A stretch of DNA of 64,000 nucleotides from Lama glama (Eukaryota). The notes under the pieces are model-generated. The model was not told the DNA's origin, searched no databases, and saw only the letters and a program-made list of their open reading frames with translations. Where the stretch lies: positions 434,001 to 498,000 of the forward strand of contig CM052820.1 in the NCBI GenBank assembly GCA_028534125.1, given 5' to 3'. Of this stretch, positions 12,001 through 23,514 are shown in pieces; positions within the stretch are counted from its first letter, which is position 1, and each line of letters opens with the position of its first letter. The position numbers and the translations under genes were made by a program.

Positions 12001-15000
12001 AATCCAGCAGATTACTCGGGACTATAACGTTCAGATTAAATTCCCAGACAGAGAGGAGAACCCAGGTGGGTCCCTGCGGTGAGCTCTGCCGAGTGGGAAG
12101 GGGAGGCGTGGATGGCCCCAACCTGGGGAGAAGTGTGGCGGGTGGCGGTCAGGGTCCTGGTGACGCCCCAGTGCGGGTGTGCTGCTTGGACATGGCCCAC
12201 TGTCCTGGGGTGTCCAGAGGTCTCTCAGAGGCAGGCGGTGGCAGTTGCTCCAGGGTGATGAGGTGCCTTTCAGGTGTTCTAGAAGTTTTCAGAGGCTGGT
12301 CACAGGCTGGGCAGAGCACGGCGCCAGCAGCCACCTTCTTGGGTACTTGCAGTCCCACTGCTTCTCCCAGCCCCCGAGTGCCCGCCGTGTGATGGGCCGT
12401 GTCGGCTCCGTCCACAGCAGCACCCTCTTTTCCCGGCTGTGCCCTCTGTGAGGGCACCGCCTGAGTGGCTGGTTGCCCTTCCAGGAGGGCCCTTCAGCTC
12501 CAGGGGTCCTGCTTGTCACTGGGTTGTGCTTGTGCCCCCAGGGACCGGGCGGGGAGGCGACCCTGCGATCGTTCCTCTGTCTTTTGTGTGGCTTGTCATG
12601 GCCACTAATGCTCGTTTTCCTGAGGACGCAGGCTGTTTTGAGGGGACAAGTAGTTAAATCACACCTGTTATGTTTGTTTCACATCTGAGTATTTTTTTAA
12701 GTTTGATATAATTTCATGTTAAGAAAAATGCAGAATAGCGTGAAGGTACCCCAGTTCACCAGTTCTGCTTCCTCACCCACCCGCCCCTTTACACGCACGC
12801 CTGCCCGCACCATGTCTTGAGTCGCTCCAGTGTAACTTCCAGACCTAGGCCTGTAGCGGCTTCTGCCTGAGAATCAGGACACTCCCTTTTGTCACTTGGG
12901 ATGACGGCGCGTTCATCGGGACAGAAGGCCCAGTGTTACGCGGCACTGCCATCGAGCGCACTGCCAACGTTCAGATCTTGCTGGTCTTAGCAGCGTCCTC
13001 CCGAGCCCCCCGCTCCCCAGTCGGTCCTGGACCGTGACTTCTGTAGGCAGCTGTGTGTCTGTACGTTCGCTCGTTTGTTGATACCATGTGGACGCCTGGA
13101 TTGTGTCTTGCTCCACAAATAGCGTTATGTTTATTTGGGGCACTCGTCCCCCGTGTGGGCCACCGGCCGTTTTCCACGTCCCGTGTCATGTCCTGGGGCT
13201 CTGGGAGCCGGCCTCTTCCTGGCAGAGCCCCCCGCTGCTGCCAGCTCTCCCTCATCCTCCCAGGTCATTCTCAGGCCCGCGTCTCCCTCTGTCTGGACGC
13301 GCGGGCCCTGCTCTCTCTGTTCTTCCCGCCGGCCGGAGGCAGTTGACTCCGTTCTGAAGGCTCGGAGGTGGGTCTGGTCAGCTCGCTGGGCCTAGACCAC
13401 AACCTCCTGACTGCCCTACCCCTGCCGCCCAGCGTTTCGTGGGCGCTTGACGGCAGGTGAAGCTGGGTGGGGTGTCAGTGTCTTCAGATCGAGCAGCCCT
13501 CTCTTCCTAGTGCACAGCGCGGAGCCAGCGGTCCACGAGAACGGCGAGGATGCCGGGGACGGGAGGGACACCAAGGAGGAGCCCGGCTCTCCCAGGAGGT
13601 GCGACATCATCGTCATCTCCGGCCGGAAGGAAAAGTGCGAGGCCGCCAAGGAAGCCCTTGAGGTGTGCTCAGACCCTCCCCAGCCTCCTGGGGGCCGATA
13701 TGGGCTGGGTCCCTTTAGCCCTGGGCCCTGGGCTTGCACTGCAGGCGGTGCCGGGCCGGCGGTCTCAGCTCCTCTGTGACGCGGGGACAGCTGGGCCTGT
13801 CTGCAGCTCTGTCCCAAATGCCGCTCCAGCGTAGTGGATGGAGAGGCGAGTGGGAGACCGTCGGGGTCACGTCTGGAGGGAGCTGTGGGGAGAGCAGGTG
13901 GCAGGGGTGACGGGCGTGGCTGAGGCTGGAGGTGGGCCGGGCCGGGCCTGCGTCCCTGGTTCCCGCTCTCCTCCTCCGAGGGCCCAGATGCCATTTCCCG
14001 TGAGCTGGGCTGCTTTGCTTCTGCGCGGGGCCTGCTGCACCCGGGGCCACAGGCTCGGGGTCTGAACGTCTGCTTTGCCAGCACCGACCTGGAAGCTGGG
14101 TCCACGTCCTTTTCCCGTGTTCCCTGTCGAGTCGGAGGTCTGGGGGGAGCCGCGCGGAAGGCTCTGGAGATCACGCTGACGTTCTTCCAGGGCTCTCCCC
14201 AAAGCTCCGTGGAGGCCCGCCGCCAAGCCCACTCCCAGACCTAAGCCCAGCCTCTCCCTGCAGGCGCTGGTGCCAGTCACCATTGAGGTGGAGGTGCCCT
14301 TTGACCTGCACCGGTACATCATCGGGCAGAAGGGCAGCGGGATCCGCAAGATGATGGATGAGTTCGAGGTACGGGTCCCACAGGCCCCTCCCGGGACCAG
14401 GGCGGGCTGCACGGCCCACCCACCTTGTCCTGAGCCTGCGCTTGTCCGTGCCACGTGACACCGTGTGCATCAGGCGCCTGTCTCCATGCAGGTGAACATA
14501 CACGTCCCGGCCCCAGAGCTGCAGTCCGACATCATCGCCATCACAGGCCTTGCTGCACACTTGGACCGGGCTAAGGCGGGGCTGCTGGAGCGCGTGAAGG
14601 AGCTGCAGGCGGAGCAGGAGGACCGGGTGGGTGCCGGGCGTGGCTCTCAGATGCCGTCACCCTCCAGAGCCGCCGGGGCTGCTGAGACGTCAGGGGCTGG
14701 AGGAAGAGCCGGGGGCGTGCGGAGCAGCCCGCGTCCCGGGCACTGGGGGCCTCTCTCAGAAGCAGTGTTGGGGTGTGGCGCTCTCCTCTCTGCATGACAG
14801 GCGCACGGTTGGGCTTCCACGTGGATTAGCTGTCGCTTAGTAAACATGACATTTTGGCACCTGCTTCCTCACGGGAAAGGAGAATGGGGAGGCTTGGGGG
14901 CTGTTAAAGCTGAGAAAGACCCCCAACGTGGGAGTGCGGCTGGGCAGGCTCCCCGTCATCCTCTGCGGTCTCCCCGCAGTTGCCTCCGCGTGGAAAGGTG

Positions 15001-18000
15001 CCTTGCCCCTCTGCAGAGCTGGCGTGGGGGGGCTCACATGGGTGATGCTTGCCTGGCCAGGTGTCCTGGAAACTTGAAGCACCGTTACCAGTCACATGGG
15101 GGTGACGGCCTCCTTGCTGAGGGGAACCTTCCTGGGGTTGGCGATGGGGCGGTGTGGCCCTCGTGAGTCCAGTCCCCGTTGGCTCAGCCTTGGCACAGGC
15201 TTCGGGTCTGCTCTCCGCTCAGGTCGCCGCCTGAGCCTCTGGCCATGGGCATCCCTCTGTACTTGTCCCCTTTGGGGTTTGGGGGTTTGGCCTGTTCTCG
15301 TGCCTCTGCTGTGGGAGACCCAGGACTCCTGTGCTTACCTGTTAGGTCCCTGTTTCACGACTTAGTGGGGAAAGCAGAGCCCGGGGCCCACCCTGCAGTG
15401 TGCTGCCCCGCCCGGGGGATGCCAGCGTGTAGCTTTCCTCTTCAGGTCCTTTCCTGAGGGGTTTGTGCTGGTGGTCACGGAGTGGGCTCGGGTTCCCGTC
15501 ACTGGTGGGCGGTGGAGGGCCCGGAGGCCAGCAGGCACGCCGTGTCTCGCTCTTGTTGCTGAGGCGACGGCGGACGCCTTCCAGGATTGGGATGGAGCCG
15601 GGGGCGTGTGGATGCGCCTGATGGTGGAGGTCAAGGCCGCAATGCCCTCCCCTTGGCCTCACTCCCACTTGTTTCATCTGTAGGCTTTAAGGAGTTTTAA
15701 GCTGAGTGTCATTGTAGACCCCAAATACCACCCCAAAATCATCGGGAGAAAGGGGGCAGTGATCACGCAGATCCGCTTGGAGCACGACGTGAACATCCAG
15801 TTTCCTGACAAGGAAGACGGGAGCCAGGTAAGGGTGGCCACCGGGTCGGCCCCGCGGCTGAAGCATGTCAGGGGCAGGGGGCCTCTCGTTGACCTCTGTC
15901 CTGACCTGGGCACGTGACCAGAGTGGCAGTGAAAGTGCAGAGTTCAGAGCAGCCGATCTGAGGGTCTGATCGTGGCTGGGGGTTTGGGTCCATCTTAGTC
16001 CATGCCAGCTGCCTGGGCTTTCCCTGACAGAGTTGTGTCACCGTGTGGACGTGGGGCGTTTCGCCTGCGCCCTCCTGGTCACTCTTGGGGTTCGGCGGGG
16101 TCCTTCTTGTGCAGTTGCGTCCACCAGAGCAGCCCTGCAGAGGTGCGCCCTCCGCCCTCTGCACTCAGAAGGCAGCCTGCTCCCTGGGCACCACCTGCTG
16201 GCCCGTCCCACGCCGCTGCACGTCCTCTCTGGCCCTTTCCGCCCCCTGGCTCTGCCTGGGTCTCCTGCAGTCCTCGGTCCGCAGCACCGCGCCAGCAGCA
16301 GCTCCCCAGAGCCCTCTGGCCAGCAGGCCCCTCCGGCCTGCCACGCCTCCTGCCCTCCCCGGCCTCTTACTTCTGGGGTCTGACGCTCTGCCCCTCATGC
16401 CGAGCCTCCCCAGGCGGTTTCCGTGCAGTGCCTTTTACTGGCTCTGTGTCTCTAAGGGCGTTTATGCTGCTAGGTTTTTAAACTCTTTTGAGTATCTTGA
16501 TCTTGAGAACTCAGTTCTCTCACACGCCTCGTTTTCTCTGCCTTTTACTTCCCTCAGTTCTTCCACACAGTCGTCAGTTTCTTAAGTCGTTATTTGGCGT
16601 CTGGATGTTTCCGTTGCTCGCGGGGTCGCGGGGTCATGTGTTCTGCACGCACAGCTTTCTCCTGTGAGTCTGTTCCGTGGCTGCTGTGTATTTGGTGGGC
16701 GATGGGCTCATCAGCTGGTGGAGGCTTCTGGGCTCTGCGGGGCTGGGCTCACACTGTCTGCATTTGCTCCATCGGGACAGGAGGCACCTGGTGCTGCCCT
16801 GGTGTGTCCTAGAGTCTCTCTCGTCTCCCCTGGGGCAAGCCCTTGCGTCCCTGCTTTGTCTCCAGGCGTGCGCATTTGCCCTCTGGTCTTTCTGCACCAT
16901 GTTCTCGTCTTCCTGCATGGGTGTAGTGTGTCTTCCTGTCCTGAGGAGTGTGGCTTCAGGCTGTGCTTTGTTTCCAGGTTTTCTTCTCTGTGTCTCGGAC
17001 TACCTGTCTGCTCCACTCTCACCTGTTCATTTGAGGGGGGCGGTGCTGAGCTGGGAGCCCCGGTGGGTGTGGAGCGCCGGCCGCGGAGTCTGGCCCCTTC
17101 TCTCCGGGTCTGTTTCCAGCGGAGGGCCCTTCCCTGCGCCATCGCCTGCCTGTCTCGTCTCACCTCTGGCCGGGCTCCTCCCCTTCCTGCGGCTCTCTGT
17201 GGTGGAGCTGGGAGGGGCAGCAGCTGAGGGACGTCGTTTACCTGTCGTCATGAATCGGTCACCTGGTGTGCTCGCACACCTCCCTTCTCTCCTGAGCAGG
17301 CTGGGCTTTCCCCCGTCGGTGGGGCCTGCCTCACTCAGTCCTTGGCCAGCCAGCCCCTCCAGTCGGTGCTCGAGGTCAGGGGTCCCTGGGGCACTGCCTC
17401 TTCTGACCCGCTTTTCCTTTCTCAGCCCCAGGACCAAATTACCATCACAGGATACGAAAAGAACACCGAAGCCGCTCGGGACGCGATACTGAAGATCGTG
17501 GGCGAACTCGAACAGATGGTTTCTGAGGACGTCCCGCTAGACCACCGTGTCCACGCCCGCATCATTGGTGCCCGGGGCAAAGCCATCCGCAAGATCATGG
17601 ATGAATTCAAGGTGCGTTCCAGCCTGGCCAGAGGGATGTGGCGGGGGGCAGGGCCGGGCTTCCCACACCATTGAGGCATCTCCTTCCATGAGGGCCAGTG
17701 GAGGGAGCCCCAGGACCACCACAGGTCTCGAGCCTTCCTGCCTGGGCTCCCGACCACCCTCGGGGGTCGGACTGGGGAGGTATCTTGAGGCTCAGGGGCC
17801 CGTTCCTAAGGCAGTGGGGTCATGTGAGTCATAGCTGTTTGTACCAGGGTGACCCTTTGGTCCAGAGCCCCTGGGCGGGCTCTCGGAGCCACCTCAGCCA
17901 CTGCATGCCCCTTCCAGGTGGACATTCGCTTCCCACAGAGTGGGGCCCCTGACCCCAACTGTGTCACCGTGACGGGGCTCCCAGAAAACGTGGAGGAGGC

Positions 18001-18429
18001 GATCGACCACATCCTCAACCTGGAAGAGGAATACGTGAGTCATGGGTGGGCGGAGGCCCATGCTGGGGGCTCGCATCCCTGCTGCCACACACTGACCCTC
18101 CCCTGTACCCCCAGCTGGCCGACGTGGTGGACAGCGAGGCACTGCAGCTGTACATGAAGCCCCCAGCCCATGAGGAATCCAAGGCACCGTCCAGGGGCTT
18201 TGTGGTGCGGGATGCTCCCTGGACAGCCAGCAGCGGCGAGAAGGTGAGCCGGCTCTGCCCCCGCCCCACGTGTGCGTGCCGGGCCGCCAGCACCAGGATG
18301 AGCATGGGCGGCCCTCACTGAAGCTGTGCCTTCTCCCCACAGGCTCCCGACATGAGCAGCTCGGAGGAGTTTCCCAGCTTTGGGGCTCAGGTGGCCCCCA
18401 AGACCCTCCCTTGGGGCCCCAAACGATAA
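1..18429 (+). CDS. HDLBP: HDLBP / vigilin (multi-KH-domain RNA-binding protein), 3' part: 21 coding exons; 5' part lies outside the window
   Basis: Exons joined by GT-AG introns give 2772 nt = 923 aa + TAA with consistent phases; repeated KH GxxG motifs (IIGKKG, LIGKSG, IIGQKG, IIGKGG, LIGTKG, IMGPKG, IIGARG); ends EEFPSFGAQVAPKTLPWGPKR* as in vigilin. Confidence 0.98.
172..279 (+). CDS. HDLBP: HDLBP exon ANSFTVSS...QQMPK
   Basis: AG 170-171, GT 280; HRFIIGKKG. Confidence 0.96.
1147..1251 (+). CDS. HDLBP: HDLBP exon VHVEFTEG...MVKDL
   Basis: AG/GT flanks, 105 nt. Confidence 0.96.
1548..1626 (+). CDS. HDLBP: HDLBP exon VNRMDYVEINIDHKFHRHLIGKSGAN
   Basis: AG/GTGAGT flanks, 79 nt, ends phase 1. 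Confidence 0.96.
3285..3424 (+). CDS. HDLBP: HDLBP exon (I)NRIKDQYK...LASRM
   Basis: AG/GTAAG flanks, 140 nt restores phase 0. Confidence 0.95.
4426..4530 (+). CDS. HDLBP: HDLBP exon ENERTKDL...DKFPE
   Basis: TTTTAG/GTAAA flanks; HRTIIGQKG. Confidence 0.96.
4657..4770 (+). CDS. HDLBP: HDLBP exon VIINFPDP...MVADL
   Basis: AG/GTGAG flanks, 114 nt. Confidence 0.96.
5415..5501 (+). CDS. HDLBP: HDLBP exon VENSYSIS...ANIKK
   Basis: AG/GTGAG flanks; HKNIIGKGG. Confidence 0.96.
5598..5729 (+). CDS. HDLBP: HDLBP exon IREESNTK...IQKDL
   Basis: AG/GTAAC flanks, 132 nt. Confidence 0.96.
6589..6635 (+). mobile_element. Very short 5'-truncated LINE-1 tail with poly(A)
   Basis: TTTGACACAACATTGTAAAATGATTATAAATAAAAAATT(A)n between 15-bp imperfect direct repeats 6574-6588 and 6636-6650. 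Confidence 0.7.
6761..6806. repeat. (CAGTGCAG)n 8-bp tandem repeat ending in an 18-bp palindrome
   Basis: About 5 units; GCAGCAGTGCACTGCTGC at 6789-6806. Confidence 0.85.
7220..8250 (-). mobile_element. Old L1M fragments, antisense
   Basis: L1 3'-end-like motifs (TTTGCCTTTTCCAGAGTGTCA, GGCTTCCTTCACTTAGCA, AGAAACTGCCAGACTG); limits approximate. Confidence 0.6.
8671..8889 (+). CDS. HDLBP: HDLBP exon ANIAEVEV...LAEEK
   Basis: AG/GTGAG flanks, 219 nt, one KH repeat. Confidence 0.96.
9070..10230 (-). mobile_element. Degenerate LINE-1 ORF2 reverse-transcriptase fragment
   Basis: Minus-strand remnants MIISKD, ERPTA, ENPKESTKKL-like; frameshifted; limits approximate. Confidence 0.75.
10814..11035 (+). 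CDS. HDLBP: HDLBP exon QTKSFTVD...LIQNL
   Basis: AG/GTGAG flanks, 222 nt. Confidence 0.96.
11125..11343 (+). CDS. HDLBP: HDLBP exon DNVVEDYM...IIEDL
   Basis: AG/GTAGG flanks, 219 nt; degenerate KH loop VIRRG. Confidence 0.96.
11927..12065 (+). CDS. HDLBP: HDLBP exon EAQVTIEC...REENP
   Basis: AG/GT flanks, 139 nt, ends phase 1. Confidence 0.95.
12690..13380 (-). mobile_element. Old L1M 3'-end fragment
   Basis: Antisense L1MC/ME-like composition and motifs; limits approximate. Confidence 0.45.
13511..13662 (+). CDS. HDLBP: HDLBP exon (V)HSAEPAV...KEALE
   Basis: AG/GT flanks, 152 nt restores phase 0. Confidence 0.94.
14264..14368 (+). CDS. HDLBP: HDLBP exon ALVPVTIE...MDEFE
   Basis: AG/GT flanks; HRYIIGQKG. 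Confidence 0.96.
14492..14626 (+). CDS. HDLBP: HDLBP exon VNIHVPAP...EQEDR
   Basis: AG/GT flanks, 135 nt. Confidence 0.95.
15684..15827 (+). CDS. HDLBP: HDLBP exon ALRSFKLS...EDGSQ
   Basis: AG/GTAAG flanks; HPKIIGRKG. Confidence 0.96.
16420..17100 (-). mobile_element. Old L1M ORF1-region fragment
   Basis: T/C-rich antisense L1-like sequence; limits approximate. Confidence 0.45.
17426..17611 (+). CDS. HDLBP: HDLBP exon PQDQITIT...MDEFK
   Basis: AG/GT flanks; HARIIGARG. Confidence 0.95.
17918..18034 (+). CDS. HDLBP: HDLBP exon VDIRFPQS...LEEEY
   Basis: AG/GTGAGT flanks, 117 nt. Confidence 0.96.
18115..18243 (+). CDS. HDLBP: HDLBP exon LADVVDSE...SSGEK
   Basis: AG/GTGAG flanks, 129 nt. Confidence 0.95.
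18343..18429 (+). CDS. HDLBP: HDLBP last coding exon APDMSSSEEFPSFG...GPKR*
   Basis: AG 18341-42; TAA 18427-29 followed directly by TGA. Confidence 0.96.
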   Translation, partial: APDMSSSEEFPSFGAQVAPKTLPWGPKR

Positions 18430-18791
18430 TGATCAGAAAGCAGCCGCTCCCCAGCCTGCTGACCCCAGCCCACCACACAGTGGTTTGTCTCGATCAGACC
18501 CAGCGGCTGGACCCTCCGTAAATTGCCGACGCCCCCCTTCCCCGAGGTCTCACAGCGAAGCCGGCGCCCGCGCTGCGTGTGGCGGGTTCCCAGGCTGGCC
18601 AGCACCCAGCGTGGCCCAGGACCTGCCCACAGCCTTTGCTCCGGGGCGGCTCTATGCAGTCGTGAACACTAAACGAGGTCACGGGACGTCTCACAGTAAG
18701 CCCCTGGCCCACCCAGCATGTCGGAGGCCCCGGCCTCCATGAGGAGGCGCCACACTGTGCTGAGTCTGCTTCCTGTGTCACGACCTCAGGA

Positions 18792-18797
18792 AATAAA
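18792..18797 (+). terminator. HDLBP proximal polyadenylation signal AATAAA
   Basis: AATAAA about 360 nt after the stop, with a T-rich stretch downstream. Confidence 0.75.
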
Positions 18798-19670
18798 TTT
18801 CCTTGACTTCATAAAAGCCAAAATGTTTGCCCTCTTCCTTTCCCACCCCCTTGTTCCCCCGCCTGCCATCCAGGTCCTCCTTCCAGCTGCCAAGGCCCAA
18901 GCAGCCAGCCCCCGAGGGGGGTGCAGTGGAGAGCCGCATGGAGCCAGGGCAGAAGGGTGGCAGGTCTCGGGCGGCCCTGGCTCTGCCCATGTTGGGGCTC
19001 CGCCCGGCCATGCACCACTTGAGGTACGCTGTGGCTGCCGTGGCATTGGGGCCCCACCCGAGAAGCGCGGGGCAGGGAGGAGTGGCCAGTGGGGCTCTCG
19101 TCTGCACACACTGCCTTCAGCGCCCTGGCACCTGCTCCCCCGGACGCCATGCGTTGAGCTGCCTTCTTCCTACCTCGGAGCCAGCGTGGGCGCGTCTCGT
19201 GCTTGGGGGGTGCGCCCCCAGCACTCGGCCTCTTGGCCCGGGCTTCTCCAGTGGTCCGTGCCTGCTGTGTCCCTGGGGCTGCAAGCCGTGTGTGCCTGGG
19301 CTCCTGGGCTCGAGGCTGCACCCGCCCTCCCCTGCAGGGCCCAGCCCCAGGCTGTCCTTGGACGCAGCCTTGGAGGCCGTGCACAGGCCTGTGGCAGTTG
19401 GCCGGAGAGTCAGGCGTCCTGGTCTGGGGTGGAGAGAGGCTGTCGCTGTGGGGAGGCTCTTCTTTCTCAGGTGGGTGTCGGTCCCCAGACTTGGCGAGTC
19501 AGGGTGCCCCAGCCGGCTTGGCTGGGCCCCTCTGGAGACAGAAAGGTGGGGCCCAGGCAGCACAGAGGCCCCTGTGTGTCGTTTTGAGTGAGAACTGAGG
19601 ACTAGCCCTTGTCCTGGGCTGCTGGTTCCTGCCCTCAGGGAGGTGACTTGGGTCACTCTCGAGTTGTCCC

Positions 19671-20343
19671 TGTTAACCTGCCAGAGTCCCTAAAGAAGCC
19701 AACTCGAGCCCTGGGGAGTCACTTCTGCTTTGACCACCTTCCCCCTCTCCCTACCCCCTCAGGTTTTCACTCAATTTAATAACTCAAGCTTGGTGACCTT
19801 TTGACTCAAATTCCTGCGCAGACCAGGCACCGCTCGCTCAGCCCAGCCTAGCTCAGCCACCTCTGCAGGCCCCATTAGCTCGAGCAGTCTTGAATGTGCC
19901 CGGGTGTGAGTGTGAAAACTCGGGTAGGACAGAAGGAACGTTTGCTTGAGTGCAGTGGGCCGGGTGACCCTAAATTAGGCCGAGCTGATGGGAACAGCGA
20001 GGGAGAAGGAAAGGCCTTTCTCAGGGACCCGTCCGTCAGGCACCTCGCAGGGAAGGGGCCGCTCCTCTTTCCCGCCTGCTTGAGTTGAGGAGCCGCTCCT
20101 GTCGGCCGGCTTGCTTCCTCCCCCTCCCCGGCTCCCTCCGGTTTCCACCCAGACCTACCCTTTGTCTTGTCTACAAAATCCTGCAACATCTAGCCTTGCC
20201 CTTCCCTGAAGGTCAGTTTTTAATTCTCACAACAGATTTTTGCACATGTGCATTTGTTACAGAAAGTCATAGATGCAAACTCCCCTTCCCTGAATTGTTT
20301 GGGGTCTCGCTTGCTCTGTCTTTGGTTGTTGTTAAAGGTTACA
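19671..20343. mobile_element. Possible solo LTR
   Basis: About 670 bp bounded by TGTTAACCT...AGGTTACA (TG...CA, short imperfect inverted termini); no TSD seen. Confidence 0.4.
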
Positions 20344-22791
20344 TGATGACTGTGCCCGGGCCTGTGCCCTGCGCCTCTGATGCTGCAGAGAGAGCCCTGG
20401 CGGGAGTGGGGCGTGTGTGTCCATCCCCTCCTTGTCCAGCGTCTTCCACATCGTGTGTGTCCACAGCTACAATCCGTCCCTTGGCCTTAACTTGGAATTT
20501 GGAGATTATATGCAAACATGTGTAAAAGCTCATGAATATGGATGACACTGGAATTTTATAAATTCTAAAATAAAACCTGAAACCAGATATACTGTGCTGG
20601 ATTCCTTTTAAGACGCCGCGCGCGTGTCCTCGGTCTTGTGACACCAGGGTGTCTTCACCGCGCTCTCGAGTGGCAGCTGGATGTCCACAGGAGGTTCTAG
20701 TCTTTGGTGCAGCTCTCCCAGCTGGCACGTGCGTCTCAGCCCGGTGTCTGCTGCCCCCGAAGGAGCCACGACGCTGGGAGGCCGGCGGTGGGCACGGTGA
20801 GGCTGCCTGCCTGTCCATGGGCTCCTGTCACCATCAGGGGCGGGGGCAGTCTCCTTGGTGCCCTGGCCTCACTTGTCCCCACTGTGTTACAGCCAGATAG
20901 TTGGCCCAGTGACCCAGTAATTCCACCCCTAGACATGCACCCTGGGGGGGCACCAGGCAGTGTGGACGAGAGTCTGATGGCAGCGTTATACCTAAGAGCC
21001 GGGCAGAATGGGTCACTTGTCGTCCTCACTCGGGGAGCCCGGCGCGGCAGCCAGGACAGTCCGTCTGTGCAGGATGCTGTAGGGGGGCCCGTGGTCATGG
21101 GGTCCCAGGGAAGAGATCAGGCCTGTGGGTTCCAGTGTCCCAACCTTCCAAGGCCAAGGTGGTGCCTACTGGAGGCGGAGAGGAGCGCTGTGGGGAGGGA
21201 CCCGCCAGGCATCGCGTCCTGGGCCATGTCTTCATTTGAACGCCAGTTACATCAGTGTTCAGTTCACAAAAGCCTGAGCATAAAGAGCGTTTTCTTGTGT
21301 TTCAGTAAATTTACTTTGAAATTATAAAGTGGAAGACAGCAGCAAGAATGAAGCAGCTGGGAGAGGAGCCCGAGGGCCTGGCGTGGGCACAGCGCCTGCC
21401 GCCCACCATCCACAGACCACAGGCCGGCTCCTCTCCAAGCAGGTCCAGAAAACGCCGGGGCCCCAAACGCAGCCTCAGCCTCCCTGCCTGTCAGGAAGCT
21501 GCGTGGAGGGCGCTGGGTGCCGCCGGGACGAGAGCGGCGGGCCTTTAAAGAACGGTACCGTGTCAGCGAGGACGCTGCTCCAAGGTGTTGCCTGGCGATT
21601 CTGGGGAGAAACTGGGCCATATGTGTCAAAGCCTTTTTGACCCCGCTGTCCACACTGAGGAGGTCCCGCAAGGGAGTCGGGGGCCAGCAGAGTGGATTTC
21701 TGGGCGAGTGTGCCAGCGGGGCTCCCAGCAGTCGAGGAAGGGAACAGGCCGCTGAGTCGGGAAGCACGGTGTGAACCGACCCAACAGAAGGTCAGGGCGG
21801 AAGAAGGCCGTGAAGCCGGTCAGCGGACGAGGACAGGCTGCAGGCACGGTTACGCCCCCAGTTTTGAAAACAACCACGTGGAAACCCCGAGCATTATAGG
21901 AATGTCTTTTCCTCCAAGTGTTCACCGTCAGCATAAAGCTGTCTCCTGCCAGACCAGCCCCACACGGGTGCTCGTGCTGTGAGGCCTGGTGGGGGGAGCC
22001 CAGTGATGGCACAGGAAGAGGCAGAGGCACGCCCAGAGGCTGGGGACAGTGGCCCGAAGGGAAGGGAAAGATGGCTGGGGTCAAGAAGAGAGAATCGAAG
22101 GGCCTGGGCGGGAGATGGGGCTGGGACAGGCACGCAGAGGGCGTGGCAGGGCAGGAGGGCGGGGCTGCCTCAGAGGGGACACTGCCACTTGAGGGAGAGC
22201 AGGTGCAGGGAGCGCCGGGGGGAGGGCAGGGCCCACGTCCACTGACCTGACTGGAAACAAGCCTCGTCGAGGGGCCGTGTAAACCGGGAGGCAGTCGGGG
22301 TCCAGTCAGGGATGAGGGGCAGGGAGCCGGCAGAGGGCGGTGGGTGACGGAGGCAGCGTCTCAGGTGTGGAGCCATTCCACCCTGCGTTGAGTCAGGAGA
22401 CTGGAGAGGGGACGGCACAGGGCAGCTACCCCACAAGCCGCGGGTGCGGGATACCCCTGGCCCCCCTGGGCACAGTGTGCCCCAGCCCTCAGGTGGTGCT
22501 GCTGTAGTCAGCTGGCCTGGGGGACTCCCACAGGACCTGGGACAGGGCACAGGAGCAGAGGCCTGAGGCGGCCAAGGGCCTGGCAACTCTGGGCCAGAGG
22601 GCCAGGGACTGGGCTGTGGCCTCTCCGCGGGTGAGCCTCGGACCGCTCCCCATCCCTCTGCCCCCAGCTGGGCTTGGCTGCAGGCCCCTCAGCTGCGGGT
22701 CTCCGATGAACCCTGTGACCTTGGAGGGAGGGTGCTGGGGAGGCCCTGCTGGCTGGCTCCTGGCAGCCTAGGCTTGTGGGCCCAGACTCAC

Positions 22792-22842
22792 CTCTGAGCC
22801 TGAGGGCTGGTCCACTTCGCCTCCGTCTGGTCCAAAAAGAGC
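22792..22842 (-). pseudogene. ANO7: ANO7 remnant 23 ALFGPDGGEVDQPSGSE
   Basis: AG/GTGAGT, 51 nt. Confidence 0.8.
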
Positions 22843-22940
22843 CTGTTTCCAGGAAAGGGCAGAGGAGGAGGAGAGTGGTTGGACGGACTCCTCACTCCCT
22901 CGGGACGGCAGCAGGGCGCCAGGCTGGGGTCGGCACTCAC

Positions 22941-23040
22941 CTCATTCCCGGCCAGCGCCTGCTCGGCCAAGCAGCACTCCCATTTCACCTCGATCTCCAC
23001 AGACTCAGGGATGTTGGGGACCACAAGGTCGAGGACCCGG
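22941..23040 (-). pseudogene. ANO7: ANO7 remnant 22 RVLDLVVPNIPESVEIEVKWECCLAEQALAGNE
   Basis: About 20 nt (HVVFSV) missing after the acceptor; GTGAGT donor. Confidence 0.88.
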
Positions 23041-23514
23041 CTGGCGGGAGCAGGGCTGGTGTGAGTGGTGGGAGAGGGCACCCCCACCCCTGGGCAAAAC
23101 AAGTGCCTGAGTGGCCTTCATGGGGCCAGGGGTGGGCACCTGCTCCCCAGGTGTGGGCTGAGCTGGACAGCAAGCATCAGTGCAGAAAAGGAAACTCCTG
23201 GGAGAGGCAGAGGCCATGGCCAGAGACTGGCCAGAGACCACCCCAGCTCCAGTGGGACGCTCTGCAGTGCCCAGAGCATTCTGATGTCCACACAGTGGGC
23301 GACAGAGGCCAGCAGGGAAATGAACATGCAAAGAACTGTGAGCTGACCCAGGTGGCAGAACGGTCAGCACTGGGCCCCGCGCCCTTGGTCATGCCGACCC
23401 CCACACACCACACGGCGAGGTCAGGCAAAGCACTGTGGGCGTGGGGACCACCGCGCTGAGGCCAAGAGCGCCAGTGGGGGACATCGGCGGAAGAGCTGAG
23501 AGGTGCCTCGGTAC

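Noticed and set aside
18427-18432. TAA TGA as a recoding or readthrough signal
   Set aside because: Tandem stops reinforce termination; no readthrough context seen
22480-22700. ANO7 terminal exon and poly(A) signal
   Set aside because: Only weak similarity (CCAGGCCAGCTGA on the minus strand); cannot be placed confidently
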